A stretch of DNA of 43,619 nt from Sphingobacteriia bacterium (GCA_947460365.1 CANHJH010000001.1:1-43619); one strand, 5' to 3'; positions 6,767-16,260 are shown, numbered from the stretch's first letter. Notes: a model not told the origin generated them from the letters alone. A program made the numbers and translations.

Positions 6767-8965
6767 TTACTTATATTTTTGGGGCAATGCAAACGCCACA
6801 TAAGCATCACTTGACTTCCCTCCCCATTTTGAGCCCCCACATGCAATTACTACGTATTGTTTTCCATTTACTGAATATACTGCCGGGGTGGCTACTCCCG
6901 AAGCCGGCAAGTCTATTTCCCATAATACCTTACCGGTAAATTTATTAATTGCCCTAAACATGCCATCAGCAGTTGCACCAATAAAAAGTAAGCCACCTGC
7001 TGTAATTACCGAACCTCCATAGTTTTCGCGCCCCGTAGTGGGTATCCCTTTTTCTTTTAATTCTTTAAATTCACCCAATGGAATTTTCCATACATAATTC
7101 CCTGTATTTAAATTAATAGCATTTAATGTTCCCCATGGTGGTGCAATTGCCGGATATCCTTCCTTTGTTAAAAATTTATTATAGCCTGTGAATCCGTATG
7201 AAGGCTTAATTGCAGCTTGCATATTTTTAGTTGAACCATCATATTTTTTTGTTTGTTCTTCTTTGATGTTTAGTATAAAAGATGCAATTGCATTTTTTTC
7301 TTCTGTTGAAAGATGATTAAAACCGGGCATCATTCTTCTACCCGTAGATAGCAATTGCATTAATTGTAAAAGCGTATATTTTTTTTCAGTTCCAATGATT
7401 GATGGGTAATCTCCTGAGCCAAGTCGTTCGGGTCCATGACACCTCATACAATTTAATTGGTAAAGTCTTGTACCTGCTTCCAAATTTGTAACAGGCTTGT
7501 ATGCATTGGGTTTATTTTCAACTAAATTAAGAACCCATGCCATTTCATTTGCATTTACGTATAAGATATTGGTTGATGGATCTATTGATGGGCCACCCCA
7601 TTCTCCACCTCCATCATAGCCGGGTAAAATGATAGTGCCTTGTGTGCTGGGTGGTGTATAAATACCTTCTGAACGATAAGCATTAAAACGTTTTAAAACA
7701 TCTTGGTAGGATGAATCACTTATAAGTTTGTTTAAATCATTCTTTGTTAAAATTTGTCTTACAAAGGGCTTCGGTAATAAAGGAAAAGGTTGAGTAGGTG
7801 AGAGCTTTTCTCCCGCAATCATTGTATTGGTTGGCACAGGTTTTTCATAAATTGTAAAAAGTGGTTTCCCATTTACTCGATCAAATAAAAAAACAAAGCC
7901 TGTTTTAGTAGTTTGTGCAATTGCATCTATTTTTTTACCCTCTTTTTCAAATGTAAACAATACTGGAGGGCTCGAAATATCCATGTCCCATACATCATGG
8001 TGTACAGTTTGAAAATGCCATATCAGTTTACCGGTTAAGGCATCAATTGCTAAAATACTATTGCCATATAAACCATCACCAAGCCTATCACCACCGTAAA
8101 AATCATTGGTAGGGCTACCTACACCCGCATATAAAATACCCCTCTTTTCATCGAGACTAAATCCAGACCAACTATTGGTAGAGCCCATGTGTTGGTATGC
8201 AGTAGAATCTTCCCAGGTATTATAACCGGGTTCACCTGGGTAGGGGATAGTATGAAATATCCATAGTTGTTTACCGCTTCTTACATCAAAAGCTCTAATA
8301 TGTCCTGGTGTTTCTTCACTCACTAAACCACTCACAATAAATAAATCTTTAAAAATCATAACTGGTGAAGTGGGTGTAATAGAAACGGTTGATTCATCTT
8401 TTCCTAAACCTTTAGCAAGATTAACCCCTCCGTCAACGCCAAAATCATGAATAAGCTTACCGCTATTGGCATTTACAGCAAAAGCTATTGGCCCAACGGT
8501 ATATATAATTCTTTTGTCGTTACCATCTTCCCAATAGGCTACTCCTCTATTCATATTGATGCTGTTGCGATGCCAGGTTTTATTGGCTAGCGAATCAGCA
8601 GGATCAAACTGCCATTTTTCTTTACCGCTGGTAGCATCAATTGCAAAAAGTTTCATTTTGGGAGACACGCCATAAAGAGTGCCATCAATAATAATTGGAT
8701 TACATTCAATTGGTCCAAATTTGGTAGAGTCATTATTTTCTGAATGATAAATCCATGCAACTTGTAATTTGTTTACATTTAATGTGTCTATTTCAGCTAA
8801 ACTTGAATATTTGGAATTTTCTTTACTCCCGCCATATACCTTCCAATCGCTGTATTTATTAATCAGATTATTTTCATTTATCCAATAACCAATTAATAAA
8901 ATAAGAAGAAATAAAATAGAAAATAAAATTAGCAAAAAACGAAATGAAACTCTCTTTAAGCGCAT
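6767..8965 (-). CDS. Membrane-anchored PQQ-binding beta-propeller dehydrogenase (glucose-dehydrogenase-like) with an inserted cytochrome c domain
   Basis: N-terminal TM; W-motif repeats (AIDATSGKEKWQF, AFDVRSGKQLWIF, AIDALTGKLIWHF); HHDVWDMD; CMRCH heme site; PPWGTLNAINL; ENYGG. Confidence 0.85.
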   Translation of the reverse strand: MRLKRVSFRFLLILFSILFLLILLIGYWINENNLINKYSDWKVYGGSKENSKYSSLAEIDTLNVNKLQVAWIYHSENNDSTKFGPIECNPIIIDGTLYGVSPKMKLFAIDATSGKEKWQFDPADSLANKTWHRNSINMNRGVAYWEDGNDKRIIYTVGPIAFAVNANSGKLIHDFGVDGGVNLAKGLGKDESTVSITPTSPVMIFKDLFIVSGLVSEETPGHIRAFDVRSGKQLWIFHTIPYPGEPGYNTWEDSTAYQHMGSTNSWSGFSLDEKRGILYAGVGSPTNDFYGGDRLGDGLYGNSILAIDALTGKLIWHFQTVHHDVWDMDISSPPVLFTFEKEGKKIDAIAQTTKTGFVFLFDRVNGKPLFTIYEKPVPTNTMIAGEKLSPTQPFPLLPKPFVRQILTKNDLNKLISDSSYQDVLKRFNAYRSEGIYTPPSTQGTIILPGYDGGGEWGGPSIDPSTNILYVNANEMAWVLNLVENKPNAYKPVTNLEAGTRLYQLNCMRCHGPERLGSGDYPSIIGTEKKYTLLQLMQLLSTGRRMMPGFNHLSTEEKNAIASFILNIKEEQTKKYDGSTKNMQAAIKPSYGFTGYNKFLTKEGYPAIAPPWGTLNAINLNTGNYVWKIPLGEFKELKEKGIPTTGRENYGGSVITAGGLLFIGATADGMFRAINKFTGKVLWEIDLPASGVATPAVYSVNGKQYVVIACGGSKWGGKSSDAYVAFALPQKYK

Positions 8966-9049
8966 AGTAAAAGGATTTATTCAAAATAGTTTAAAAAGGG
9001 TATTCTACCAAAGAATATTTACTATTGGAAACCTTACGATATGTGGCCA

Positions 9050-10183
9050 TCATTCAATGCCCACAAATTCCCCATAATTTTCCGGGTCTATTATGGTAAA
9101 TGCTGCTTCAGCATAACTTAGCTTAAAGGCTTGTGGTATTTTCACTTTTTTGCTTATTCCATATTTTATTTCAAATGCTGAAATTCCTCCCTGATATACT
9201 TCTATTAAATCAATTTCTTGTTGATTGTAGTTTCTCCAAAAATACATTTGTCTATCTTCTTCTAAATAGGCGTTTCTTTTCAATCGTTCAGCAATCAGAT
9301 AGTTTTCCCAAAGTAATCCTATATCATTCCGCATAGCGGGGATTCGAAAATCCTGTATCACAGCATTCCTAATTCCGTTGTCATAAAAGTACCATTTCGA
9401 ACCCTTGGATATTTCTTTTCGCTGATTGGTACTGTAAGATGTCAGCTTAAAAAGTATAAATACCTTTTGCAGTAGGTCGAGATAGTTTTCAACAGTAATT
9501 TTGTTGATGCCTAGTTTTAAGGAAAGCTCATTAAGGGACACTTCCGAACCTACTTGAAATGCAATCAATCTCAATAAATCAATTAACTTATTAGCGTGTT
9601 TAATATCTGCGTATGCAAGAATATCTTTCAGTAAGTAAGATCTGGTTAATTCTTTTAAATAGGATTCTTTTTCTATGGTAGTTTTAAGTTGAAATATTTC
9701 CGGGTAACTTCCTAAAATCATTCTTTCCTCTAGGTTTGATTTTGTTTTAATTGGGTCTTCGGCTAATTCCAATTGAGCGATGGGGTATAAATTAAAAAGA
9801 TGTTGTCTGCCAGTTAATGGTTCTCCCGTAGTATTCACTAAATCTAATGAGGAGGAACCGGTGGCAATAATAGTTAGTTGAGGCTGGCTATCAATCATTA
9901 ATTTGAGAATTAGTCCAATTTCAGGGATAGCCTGCGCCTCGTCAATAATTAATAAATCAGTATCACCAGTTAACCTTTGGTAGTTTGCAATCGTCCTTTT
10001 TTTAAGTACTTCTTGCACATCAAAATCCTCCGCATTCAGCATCAGTATTTTACCTTTAAACTGATCCTTTATTTGATTGATTAAAAAAGTTTTACCGACT
10101 CTTCTTGTCCCAAGAATCAGCAGCACTTTATTGCTACCAATCAATCGTATAATTCGTTCTTCGAGATGCCTTTTAATAAACAT
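9050..10183 (-). CDS. AAA_14 ATPase with DUF4143 / PD-(D/E)xK-like C-terminus
   Basis: Walker A GTRRVGKT, Walker B LIIDEAQ, TGSS, LTGR, GSYP, KWYFYDNG, YFWR...EIDLI...AFEIK. Confidence 0.88.
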   Translation of the reverse strand: MFIKRHLEERIIRLIGSNKVLLILGTRRVGKTFLINQIKDQFKGKILMLNAEDFDVQEVLKKRTIANYQRLTGDTDLLIIDEAQAIPEIGLILKLMIDSQPQLTIIATGSSSLDLVNTTGEPLTGRQHLFNLYPIAQLELAEDPIKTKSNLEERMILGSYPEIFQLKTTIEKESYLKELTRSYLLKDILAYADIKHANKLIDLLRLIAFQVGSEVSLNELSLKLGINKITVENYLDLLQKVFILFKLTSYSTNQRKEISKGSKWYFYDNGIRNAVIQDFRIPAMRNDIGLLWENYLIAERLKRNAYLEEDRQMYFWRNYNQQEIDLIEVYQGGISAFEIKYGISKKVKIPQAFKLSYAEAAFTIIDPENYGEFVGIE

Positions 10184-10200
10184 TTTTATATTTAATTATC

Positions 10201-10208
10201 CAAATGTA
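10201..10208 (-). promoter_or_regulatory. -7 promoter element for the ATPase gene
   Basis: Minus strand TACATTTG, 17 nt before the ATG. Confidence 0.6.
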
Positions 10209-10218
10209 AGTAAAAATG

Positions 10219-10264
10219 GTCAGTCTACTGACCAAATTACTAGTAAATTAGTCAGTAGACTGGC
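10219..10264. promoter_or_regulatory. 46-bp nested quasi-palindrome (operator-like)
   Basis: gtcagtctactgac-caaattactagtaaatta-gtcagtagactggc; arms 13/14 complementary, perfect core ttactagtaa, each arm itself near-palindromic. Confidence 0.65.
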
Positions 10265-10333
10265 TAAATTCGGGTTAATAAATATATTATAAATAATAAT
10301 TTATATGCAAATTTTTCGAAAAACATAAATAAA

Positions 10334-10745
10334 ATGCTCGAATTCATTAGGAAATAGATGGGTTAACAGAAATTGAAGTTAAATTAAAAGGAGAAACTAT
10401 TTGGTTGAATCAAAAACAATCGTCAGATTTATTCGATAAAGATTCTGATACCATTGGCTACATATAAAAAATGTATTTAAGGAAAAGGAACTTTCAGATA
10501 TTTGAACTACCAAGGATTTCTCAGTAGTTCAAATAGGAAGGTAGTAGAAATATCAGACAGGGAATCCTTTTCTTGGCTGAACACATTTAGTAAAGGATTG
10601 CAATTATTAGATGATTATGATCATGAACAATTAGATACAAAGGAATTCAGTTGTTACCAGCATCTTATCCAATTATCGAAGAATATATGTTGGTTTTGAA
10701 GTATATGCAACAGAAATTTAAATCAGATGTATTTGCTAAAATAAA
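10334..10745 (+). pseudogene. RhuM-family (RhuM/Fic-associated) gene remnant
   Basis: Fragments DGLTEIEVKLKGETIWLNQKQSSDLFDKDSDTIG / HIKNVFKEKEL..*TTKDFSVVQ (RhuM N-terminus) joined to GLQLLDDYDHEQLD; frameshifts, stops and an apparent internal deletion. Confidence 0.78.
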
Positions 10746-11111
10746 ATACGCTTTCAATTTTTGTTATAGATTTCCTAATTCAAAATCCCTTAACATTTTG
10801 TATACATTCGAATAAATACTTTCGTTCCATAATCCTACTCTATAGAAATACATTTACTCTATTGTGCAAATATTTAATCTGGCAATCTGCTTTAAAATGT
10901 AAATGCACACTGGTATTTATTCAATCATTATAAAAACTGGTAAATGAGAAAATATATAATTCATTCAAATAACCTCTTTGTAAATATAGCCATATCAAAA
11001 GGGCTAATTAACTGATAACTTCATAAGTTAGTAACGCTAATATCCATTTTTTTTAGTTTAATCAATGTAAGAATAGCTGTTAAACTAATAAGTGTTTATT
11101 AGGCCAATTCC

Positions 11112-12482
11112 ATGAGACTATTAAAAACAATAAATATGAGAAAAATATTTTTTATTTTTTCAACGCTTGTCTTTACCATCAATCTATTTAGCCAGTCATT
11201 TGAAGTATATATAAGTAAAGGAAAAAAACTGTACCAAGTGTCAAAATATGCAGAATCAGTCACATGTTTTAATAAAGCAATTGCATTAACAAAGAATTCC
11301 GAGGAGGCTTATATGTATAGAGGCCAAGCAAAATATTTTTTAAAAGATTATGATGCTGCAAAAAAAGATTTTCATAAAACAATTAAACTTAATCCTGAAA
11401 ACCCCATTGCTTATTATAACTTATCTACTATATTGATATTTGAAGAGGAAAATTCATATCAGGAAGCCATATCAATTATAGACAAAGCTATCGAAATCGA
11501 GAATGATGAACCCACTTATTATTCTAATAAAGGATTTGCAAATTATTATATGAAAAATTATCGGGAAGCAATAAAAGCATTTACGCTTGCAATTTCTCAT
11601 AATTCAATGGATGTTTCAGACTATTATTATTGTGGTAAATCTAATTATATGGTTAAAAATTTTACTCTTTCGGAAATTAATTTTAATAGAGCGTTAGAAA
11701 TGAACAGTAATAATGGTAGTGCCAAATCAAGAGCTAAAATACTATATGACATGGCCTTTACAAAAGTTGGTTTAGAAAAATATGCTGATGCAATTCTATG
11801 TTTAGATACTGCTTATTTATCGGATAGTAGTTTTACAGAAGCATTTTATGTGAAAGGAAGGATTAAGAGTGACGAAGGAAATTATATTGATGCCATAAAG
11901 GATTTCAGTTTTTATTTACAAACAAATGCTAGTGATTACAAAGCATATTATTTTAGAGGCGTTGCAAAATGTAAAATCAAAGATTATGCCGGTGCAATTG
12001 ATGATATTAATATTGCTATACAGTCAGATTCTACAAAAGCAGATTACTTTCAATACCGGGGTGAGTCGAAAGTGTATGCTAGCGATTATACCGGTGCTAT
12101 GATCGATATAAATAAAGCGATAAAATTAGACTCATCTAGCAGCCCAAGCTATTTGATTAGGGCAATTTGTAATATAGCATTTAAAGATGATTCCGCAGCC
12201 ATGAATGATTACAATAAAGCCATATCCTTAGATTTTAACTCTACCATTGGGTATAAGCGGAGAGCCGATTTTAAAGAATTATTACAAGATTATACCGGTG
12301 CCAGGGACGATTACGATAAAGCAATTGCTCTTGATCCTAAAGATGGAGAAGCCTATTATTCTAGAGGCATGCTTAAACTAAAATATTTGAATGTAGATGA
12401 TAGGGGATGTGCAGATTTATCTATGGCAGCTGCTTTGGGTAATAAAGATGCTTTAGATGAAATAGAAGAGAATTGTGAGTGA
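11112..12482 (+). CDS. Secreted tetratricopeptide-repeat protein (start possibly 11136)
   Basis: Signal peptide from MRKIFF; tandem 34-aa TPRs (AYMYRGQAKYFLKDYDAAKKDFHKTIKLNP and others); end GCADLSMAAALG. Confidence 0.9.
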   Translation: MRLLKTINMRKIFFIFSTLVFTINLFSQSFEVYISKGKKLYQVSKYAESVTCFNKAIALTKNSEEAYMYRGQAKYFLKDYDAAKKDFHKTIKLNPENPIAYYNLSTILIFEEENSYQEAISIIDKAIEIENDEPTYYSNKGFANYYMKNYREAIKAFTLAISHNSMDVSDYYYCGKSNYMVKNFTLSEINFNRALEMNSNNGSAKSRAKILYDMAFTKVGLEKYADAILCLDTAYLSDSSFTEAFYVKGRIKSDEGNYIDAIKDFSFYLQTNASDYKAYYFRGVAKCKIKDYAGAIDDINIAIQSDSTKADYFQYRGESKVYASDYTGAMIDINKAIKLDSSSSPSYLIRAICNIAFKDDSAAMNDYNKAISLDFNSTIGYKRRADFKELLQDYTGARDDYDKAIALDPKDGEAYYSRGMLKLKYLNVDDRGCADLSMAAALGNKDALDEIEENCE

Positions 12483-12499
12483 GATAGTTGAAGAATATT

Positions 12500-12747
12500 T
12501 TTATAAAAAAAACTCAACCTCAAGTTTGATTTCCGATAAAATATGCTTGATGCGCATTGGAAGCCTGTGCTAAATGCAGATTACATCCTAGACCATTTGT
12601 ATTTTTCGGTTTAATAACAACCCACCTTTTTTCTGAACTAAGTTGTATGTCTTCAACTAACTCAAACCCTAAAACAGATACATAAAAATTTATAGCCTCA
12701 TCATAATCTTTTACCAAGATTGAAATCTGACCTATTCTTCTTTCCAT
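12500..12747 (-). pseudogene. Truncated VOC/glyoxalase family gene
   Basis: IGQISILVKDYDEAINFY..LGFELVED...KRWVV...GNQT followed by TGA GGT TGA GTT TTT where intact family members read GGRVF; the rest is missing. Confidence 0.8.
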
Positions 12748-12769
12748 AACTAAAAATAAGCTATAAGAC

Positions 12770-12904
12770 ATTAATCTCCATGTTCTAATACAGTTAATCT
12801 AATCACCAATATTCTTATTTGTTCATTGAATACCTTCTGATATGCATGCTAGTCATGGGGTATTATAAGTTGTATACCATAGTAGAGTTGAACAGTTACG
12901 GAAC
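12770..12904. repeat. 135-bp dispersed direct repeat, copy B
   Basis: Ungapped match to 5378-5512 at an offset of 7392 bp. Confidence 0.92.
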
Positions 12905-12975
12905 CTTTACAGTTTACGCGCCCTCTATCAGTATCACTTTTCCCTCTTTTGTTAATTGATAAAAACCCTGCATCA

Positions 12976-13653
12976 TCATTCCACAAACCGATAGCCAACC
13001 CCTTTAATGGTGATGATCTCTATGGATGGATCATCTTTTAGGTACCCCCTCAATTTCGTAATATATACATCTAGATTTCTGCTGTTAAAAAATGAATCAT
13101 TTCCCCAAATATGCATCAGCAGTTGCTTACGATCTATAACATCATGTTTATTCACCCACAAAAATTTGAGCAGTTCAGCCTCTCTGTAGGACAATTTCTT
13201 TTCATTACCATCTAGTTCAAGAAGTTGTCTTTGTTGTTGAAAGCGGTAACGCCCGATACTAAGAACATCGGTCCCATTTAGTATGGTTTGTTTTTTTGCC
13301 AGCAAATGCTCCATTCTAACAATTAATTCTTCCATGCTAAAAGGCTTACGTATATAGTCATTGCCGCCTAATGTAAATCCTTTTACCACATCTTCCGTTT
13401 GTGTTTTAGCAGTGAGAAAAATTATCGGCACATCTTTTCTGGTTTGCCTAATATCTTTTGCCAATTCAAACCCACTTCTGTTAGGAAGCATGATGTCTAA
13501 AATGCAGATATCCGGTTCGAATTTTATAAATGCTTCGATAACTTTTGCTCCATCATCTATCATGATTACCTCAAATCCTCTGGTTTCCAAGGTTTCTTTT
13601 ACAATCTTACCAAGCGATAATTCATCTTCTACATATAATATTTTTACACGCAT
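12976..13653 (-). CDS. OmpR/PhoB-family response regulator
   Basis: VEDE, LDIMLP, IFLTAK, DYIRKPF receiver motifs; winged helix SRNLDVYITKLR...ITIKGVGY. Confidence 0.95.
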   Translation of the reverse strand: MRVKILYVEDELSLGKIVKETLETRGFEVIMIDDGAKVIEAFIKFEPDICILDIMLPNRSGFELAKDIRQTRKDVPIIFLTAKTQTEDVVKGFTLGGNDYIRKPFSMEELIVRMEHLLAKKQTILNGTDVLSIGRYRFQQQRQLLELDGNEKKLSYREAELLKFLWVNKHDVIDRKQLLMHIWGNDSFFNSRNLDVYITKLRGYLKDDPSIEIITIKGVGYRFVE

Positions 13654-15323
13654 ACCATGGGTAATTGAATAGTGAATACAGTTCCTTTATGCGCTCTATC
13701 AGATACGCTGATTGTTCCTTTATGAAGTTTGATGATCTGCGCTACATAACTAAGTCCAAGTCCATAGCCTTTTGTATTATGATGATCCATATGTGGAACT
13801 CGAAAAAATGGTTGAAAAATTTTATCCTGATACGCTTTTGGTATGCCAATACCTTTGTCTTCTATTGCAAGTATCACTCGATCATTTTTTTGTTCTATTG
13901 TGATATCAATTTCCGGTTTACCCTCACTATATTTTATTGCATTGTCTAACAAATTATACAACACACTGGTTAGGTGCAGCTGATCTCCTTCAATAATTAT
14001 ATCCCTAGACACAGCATGTATATTTACACAGGCTCCTGATTTTTCAAAACGAACTTTTAGGGTTAGTAACACACTTTCAATAAGTTGTTGAAAATGAATC
14101 TTTGTTGGCTCAATCTGTGCGGCATCTTTTTCTAACATAGATCGCTTTAGAACATGATCCACAAGTAATTCTAGTCGGTTTAATTCCGACACAGATATAT
14201 TAAGATATTCTTTAGATTTTTTCGCATCATCCATGGCATTAAAATTTTGTAAAGCTTCTAATGCTACATGAACAGTTGCGATGGGTGTTTTAAGTTCATG
14301 CGTTATATTATTAAGGAATTCATTTCTTATATCTGCCAGTCGCTTCTGCCGATGAAGGGTATGATAAATAAATACAAACGCTGTAATAAGTATCACAATC
14401 ATTAATACTGCGCCTGCAATTTGCACCTTCATTTGTTGATATATAAACTTTCGTATGTCTGGATATAGTAACTGATAACTATATGGACTTTTAATGCCGG
14501 AGAATTGTGCAGAAGTGATAAAACCTTTTAGTGTGTCTTTGGTCTCATCTAATTTAGGAAGTCTATGCCATTCCCATTGTTGACGAACTACCTGATAAGG
14601 AAGTGATTGTTGGTTTATTGGAATATTTTTTTGAAAATATTTTTTTATAGATGCTATGGGTACAGAGTCGTTCAGCGTTTTATTATCAGTAATCATTCGA
14701 ATGATCGGAGTCTTGCGAAAAGACATCCTACCAGACTTTCGAATATTTTTTTTATTGTCTACCGGCATCTTCATGATAATGGGACGCTTAGTAAAATGGG
14801 TATCCCTTACTAATGTTATATTGATTCCTTTAGTCTTCAAATTAATTGGTTTATTTATGGAATCAACTATTCTATCGTTTGCTAGTTTTTTTGATTTAAT
14901 AATGAGTGTTTCCATCAGTTCGGGTGGGAAACCGAGTTGCTCTTTCGGACTAACAATGCGAATAGATGCTATATTTTCGGGTTTTATCGAATCTAATACA
15001 TGCACAGCATTGCTATCTGTAAAATAAGCACCATTCAAAGTGAGTAGTATCTTTTGATTTGATTTTTTAGCAGCCGTGCGTTTGGGTTGAATCTTTTCTT
15101 TTTCTGCATATAGCGTGTCTGCCAACTCGGCAAACAACAAGCTATCTTGCAAAAATCTAGTACGTTGCAGTTGATAAAAACTGTTTCTGAATTGTGCGTC
15201 TATTCCCTTTTGCAGATTAGTACACTCATCCTGATAGAGCCTTAACAGCCAATACGATTGTCCGAGTGTTACCAATAAAATGGTCAGAATCATCAAGATA
15301 AGAGATATACGAATGCGCATCAC
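13644..15323 (-). CDS. Sensor histidine kinase
   Basis: Two TMs around a large periplasmic region; H box THELKTP, N box NLLDNAIKY, DKGIGI, IFQPFFR, GYGLGL; overlaps the regulator by 10 nt. Confidence 0.95.
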   Translation of the reverse strand: MMRIRISLILMILTILLVTLGQSYWLLRLYQDECTNLQKGIDAQFRNSFYQLQRTRFLQDSLLFAELADTLYAEKEKIQPKRTAAKKSNQKILLTLNGAYFTDSNAVHVLDSIKPENIASIRIVSPKEQLGFPPELMETLIIKSKKLANDRIVDSINKPINLKTKGINITLVRDTHFTKRPIIMKMPVDNKKNIRKSGRMSFRKTPIIRMITDNKTLNDSVPIASIKKYFQKNIPINQQSLPYQVVRQQWEWHRLPKLDETKDTLKGFITSAQFSGIKSPYSYQLLYPDIRKFIYQQMKVQIAGAVLMIVILITAFVFIYHTLHRQKRLADIRNEFLNNITHELKTPIATVHVALEALQNFNAMDDAKKSKEYLNISVSELNRLELLVDHVLKRSMLEKDAAQIEPTKIHFQQLIESVLLTLKVRFEKSGACVNIHAVSRDIIIEGDQLHLTSVLYNLLDNAIKYSEGKPEIDITIEQKNDRVILAIEDKGIGIPKAYQDKIFQPFFRVPHMDHHNTKGYGLGLSYVAQIIKLHKGTISVSDRAHKGTVFTIQLPMVCV

Positions 15324-15327
15324 CTAA

Positions 15328-15335
15328 CAAAGGTA
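15328..15335 (-). promoter_or_regulatory. -7 promoter element for the kinase/regulator operon
   Basis: Minus strand TACCTTTG, only 4 nt before GTG 15323 and 7 nt before ATG 15320. Confidence 0.6.
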
Positions 15336-15362
15336 AGTAAGCATTTAAAGAAGAAGTGGTTG

Positions 15363-15398
15363 TTAACATTAATTAACCTTATTTCAACTGCGGCTAAC
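15363..15398. promoter_or_regulatory. Tandem TTAAC-like direct repeats (candidate response-regulator boxes)
   Basis: ttaac 15363, ttaac 15373, tcaac 15384, ctaac 15394; spacing 10/11/10 bp. Confidence 0.6.
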
Positions 15399-15410
15399 CA
15401 GCGCGGTGAA

Positions 15411-15418
15411 TACATTTG
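15411..15418 (+). promoter_or_regulatory. -7 promoter element for the GLPGLI gene
   Basis: TACATTTG, 17 nt before ATG 15436. Confidence 0.6.
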
Positions 15419-15435
15419 TTTGTAAAATTCACTAT

Positions 15436-16224
15436 ATGAAATTAAGATTATTATGTACCGGTTTTTTAATAACTACCGGTTTGCTAGCCCAACAAAAAAC
15501 GGGCGTTGTTATTTATGAGCGCAAACAACACTTACACAGAAATGTGAACGAGGAAATGCGTGCGATGATACCGGAATATAGAATCAATAAACAGATGCTG
15601 CTTTTTACAGATCAACAGTCGCTCTATAAAGCTGTTCCCATCGACGAAGCCCCGGATCCATTCAACACAGGAAGGGGTACTTCTTTAAAGCTTGGCGGTG
15701 GAAACCTGGAGACCTATTTTAATTTCGGACTAAATAAAAAGCTTACAGCTGCTGAATTATTTGGTGATGCTTATCTGATAAAAGACACCATTAAAATACA
15801 AAAATGGTCGCTGTTTGAGGAAACCAAAACAATTGCTGGTTTTCTTTGCAGGAAGGCAATTACCACTGCTAAATCTTTTCGGCAATCTGTAAGAATAATG
15901 GACGGAGGCAGTATGTCGGGGAAACAAACTCCTCCTGTACCTAAGCAGGTAGATACAGAAGTGGTTGCCTGGTATGCCGAAGCACTGCAATCTCCTGCAG
16001 GTCCGGAAAGTTATTTAGGTCTTCCCGGAGTGATTTTGGAACTGGATATAGATAAAGGAGCAACTACTTTTTTAGCAACAGCAGTCCAACCATTAAACGA
16101 CTTCTCTCTAATAAAAGAGCCTAAAAAAGGTAAAAAAGTAACACAGGAAGAATATAATAATGAAATGAAACGAATGATGGAAAACATGGGATCAGGTTCC
16201 ATTCAATTAAGATCCGGTCTATAA
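15436..16224 (+). CDS. GLPGLI family protein
   Basis: Signal peptide; W.L..ETKTIAGFLCRKA, VVAWYA, GPESYLGLPGVILE; start moved to ATG 15436 because a promoter element lies inside the longer ORF. Confidence 0.9.
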   Translation: MKLRLLCTGFLITTGLLAQQKTGVVIYERKQHLHRNVNEEMRAMIPEYRINKQMLLFTDQQSLYKAVPIDEAPDPFNTGRGTSLKLGGGNLETYFNFGLNKKLTAAELFGDAYLIKDTIKIQKWSLFEETKTIAGFLCRKAITTAKSFRQSVRIMDGGSMSGKQTPPVPKQVDTEVVAWYAEALQSPAGPESYLGLPGVILELDIDKGATTFLATAVQPLNDFSLIKEPKKGKKVTQEEYNNEMKRMMENMGSGSIQLRSGL

Positions 16225-16233
16225 TAAAATGAA

Positions 16234-16258
16234 AGCAAAGGACTTTTAGTCCTTTGCT
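16234..16258. terminator. Hairpin between convergent genes
   Basis: agcaaaggact-ttt-agtcctttgct. Confidence 0.75.
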
Positions 16259-16260
16259 AA

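Noticed and set aside
7970-8005. WDMD motif as evidence for lanthanide dependence
   Set aside because: Glucose-dehydrogenase-type PQQ enzymes also have D-x-D here; it is diagnostic only in the XoxF/ExaF clades
10502-10699. 65-aa ORF as an intact gene
   Set aside because: It is a mixed-frame piece of the RhuM-like pseudogene
12511-12522. TGA recoding in the VOC gene
   Set aside because: The two TGAs replace different residues (Gly and Arg), similarity ends soon after, and TGA ends intact genes elsewhere (9050, 12482)
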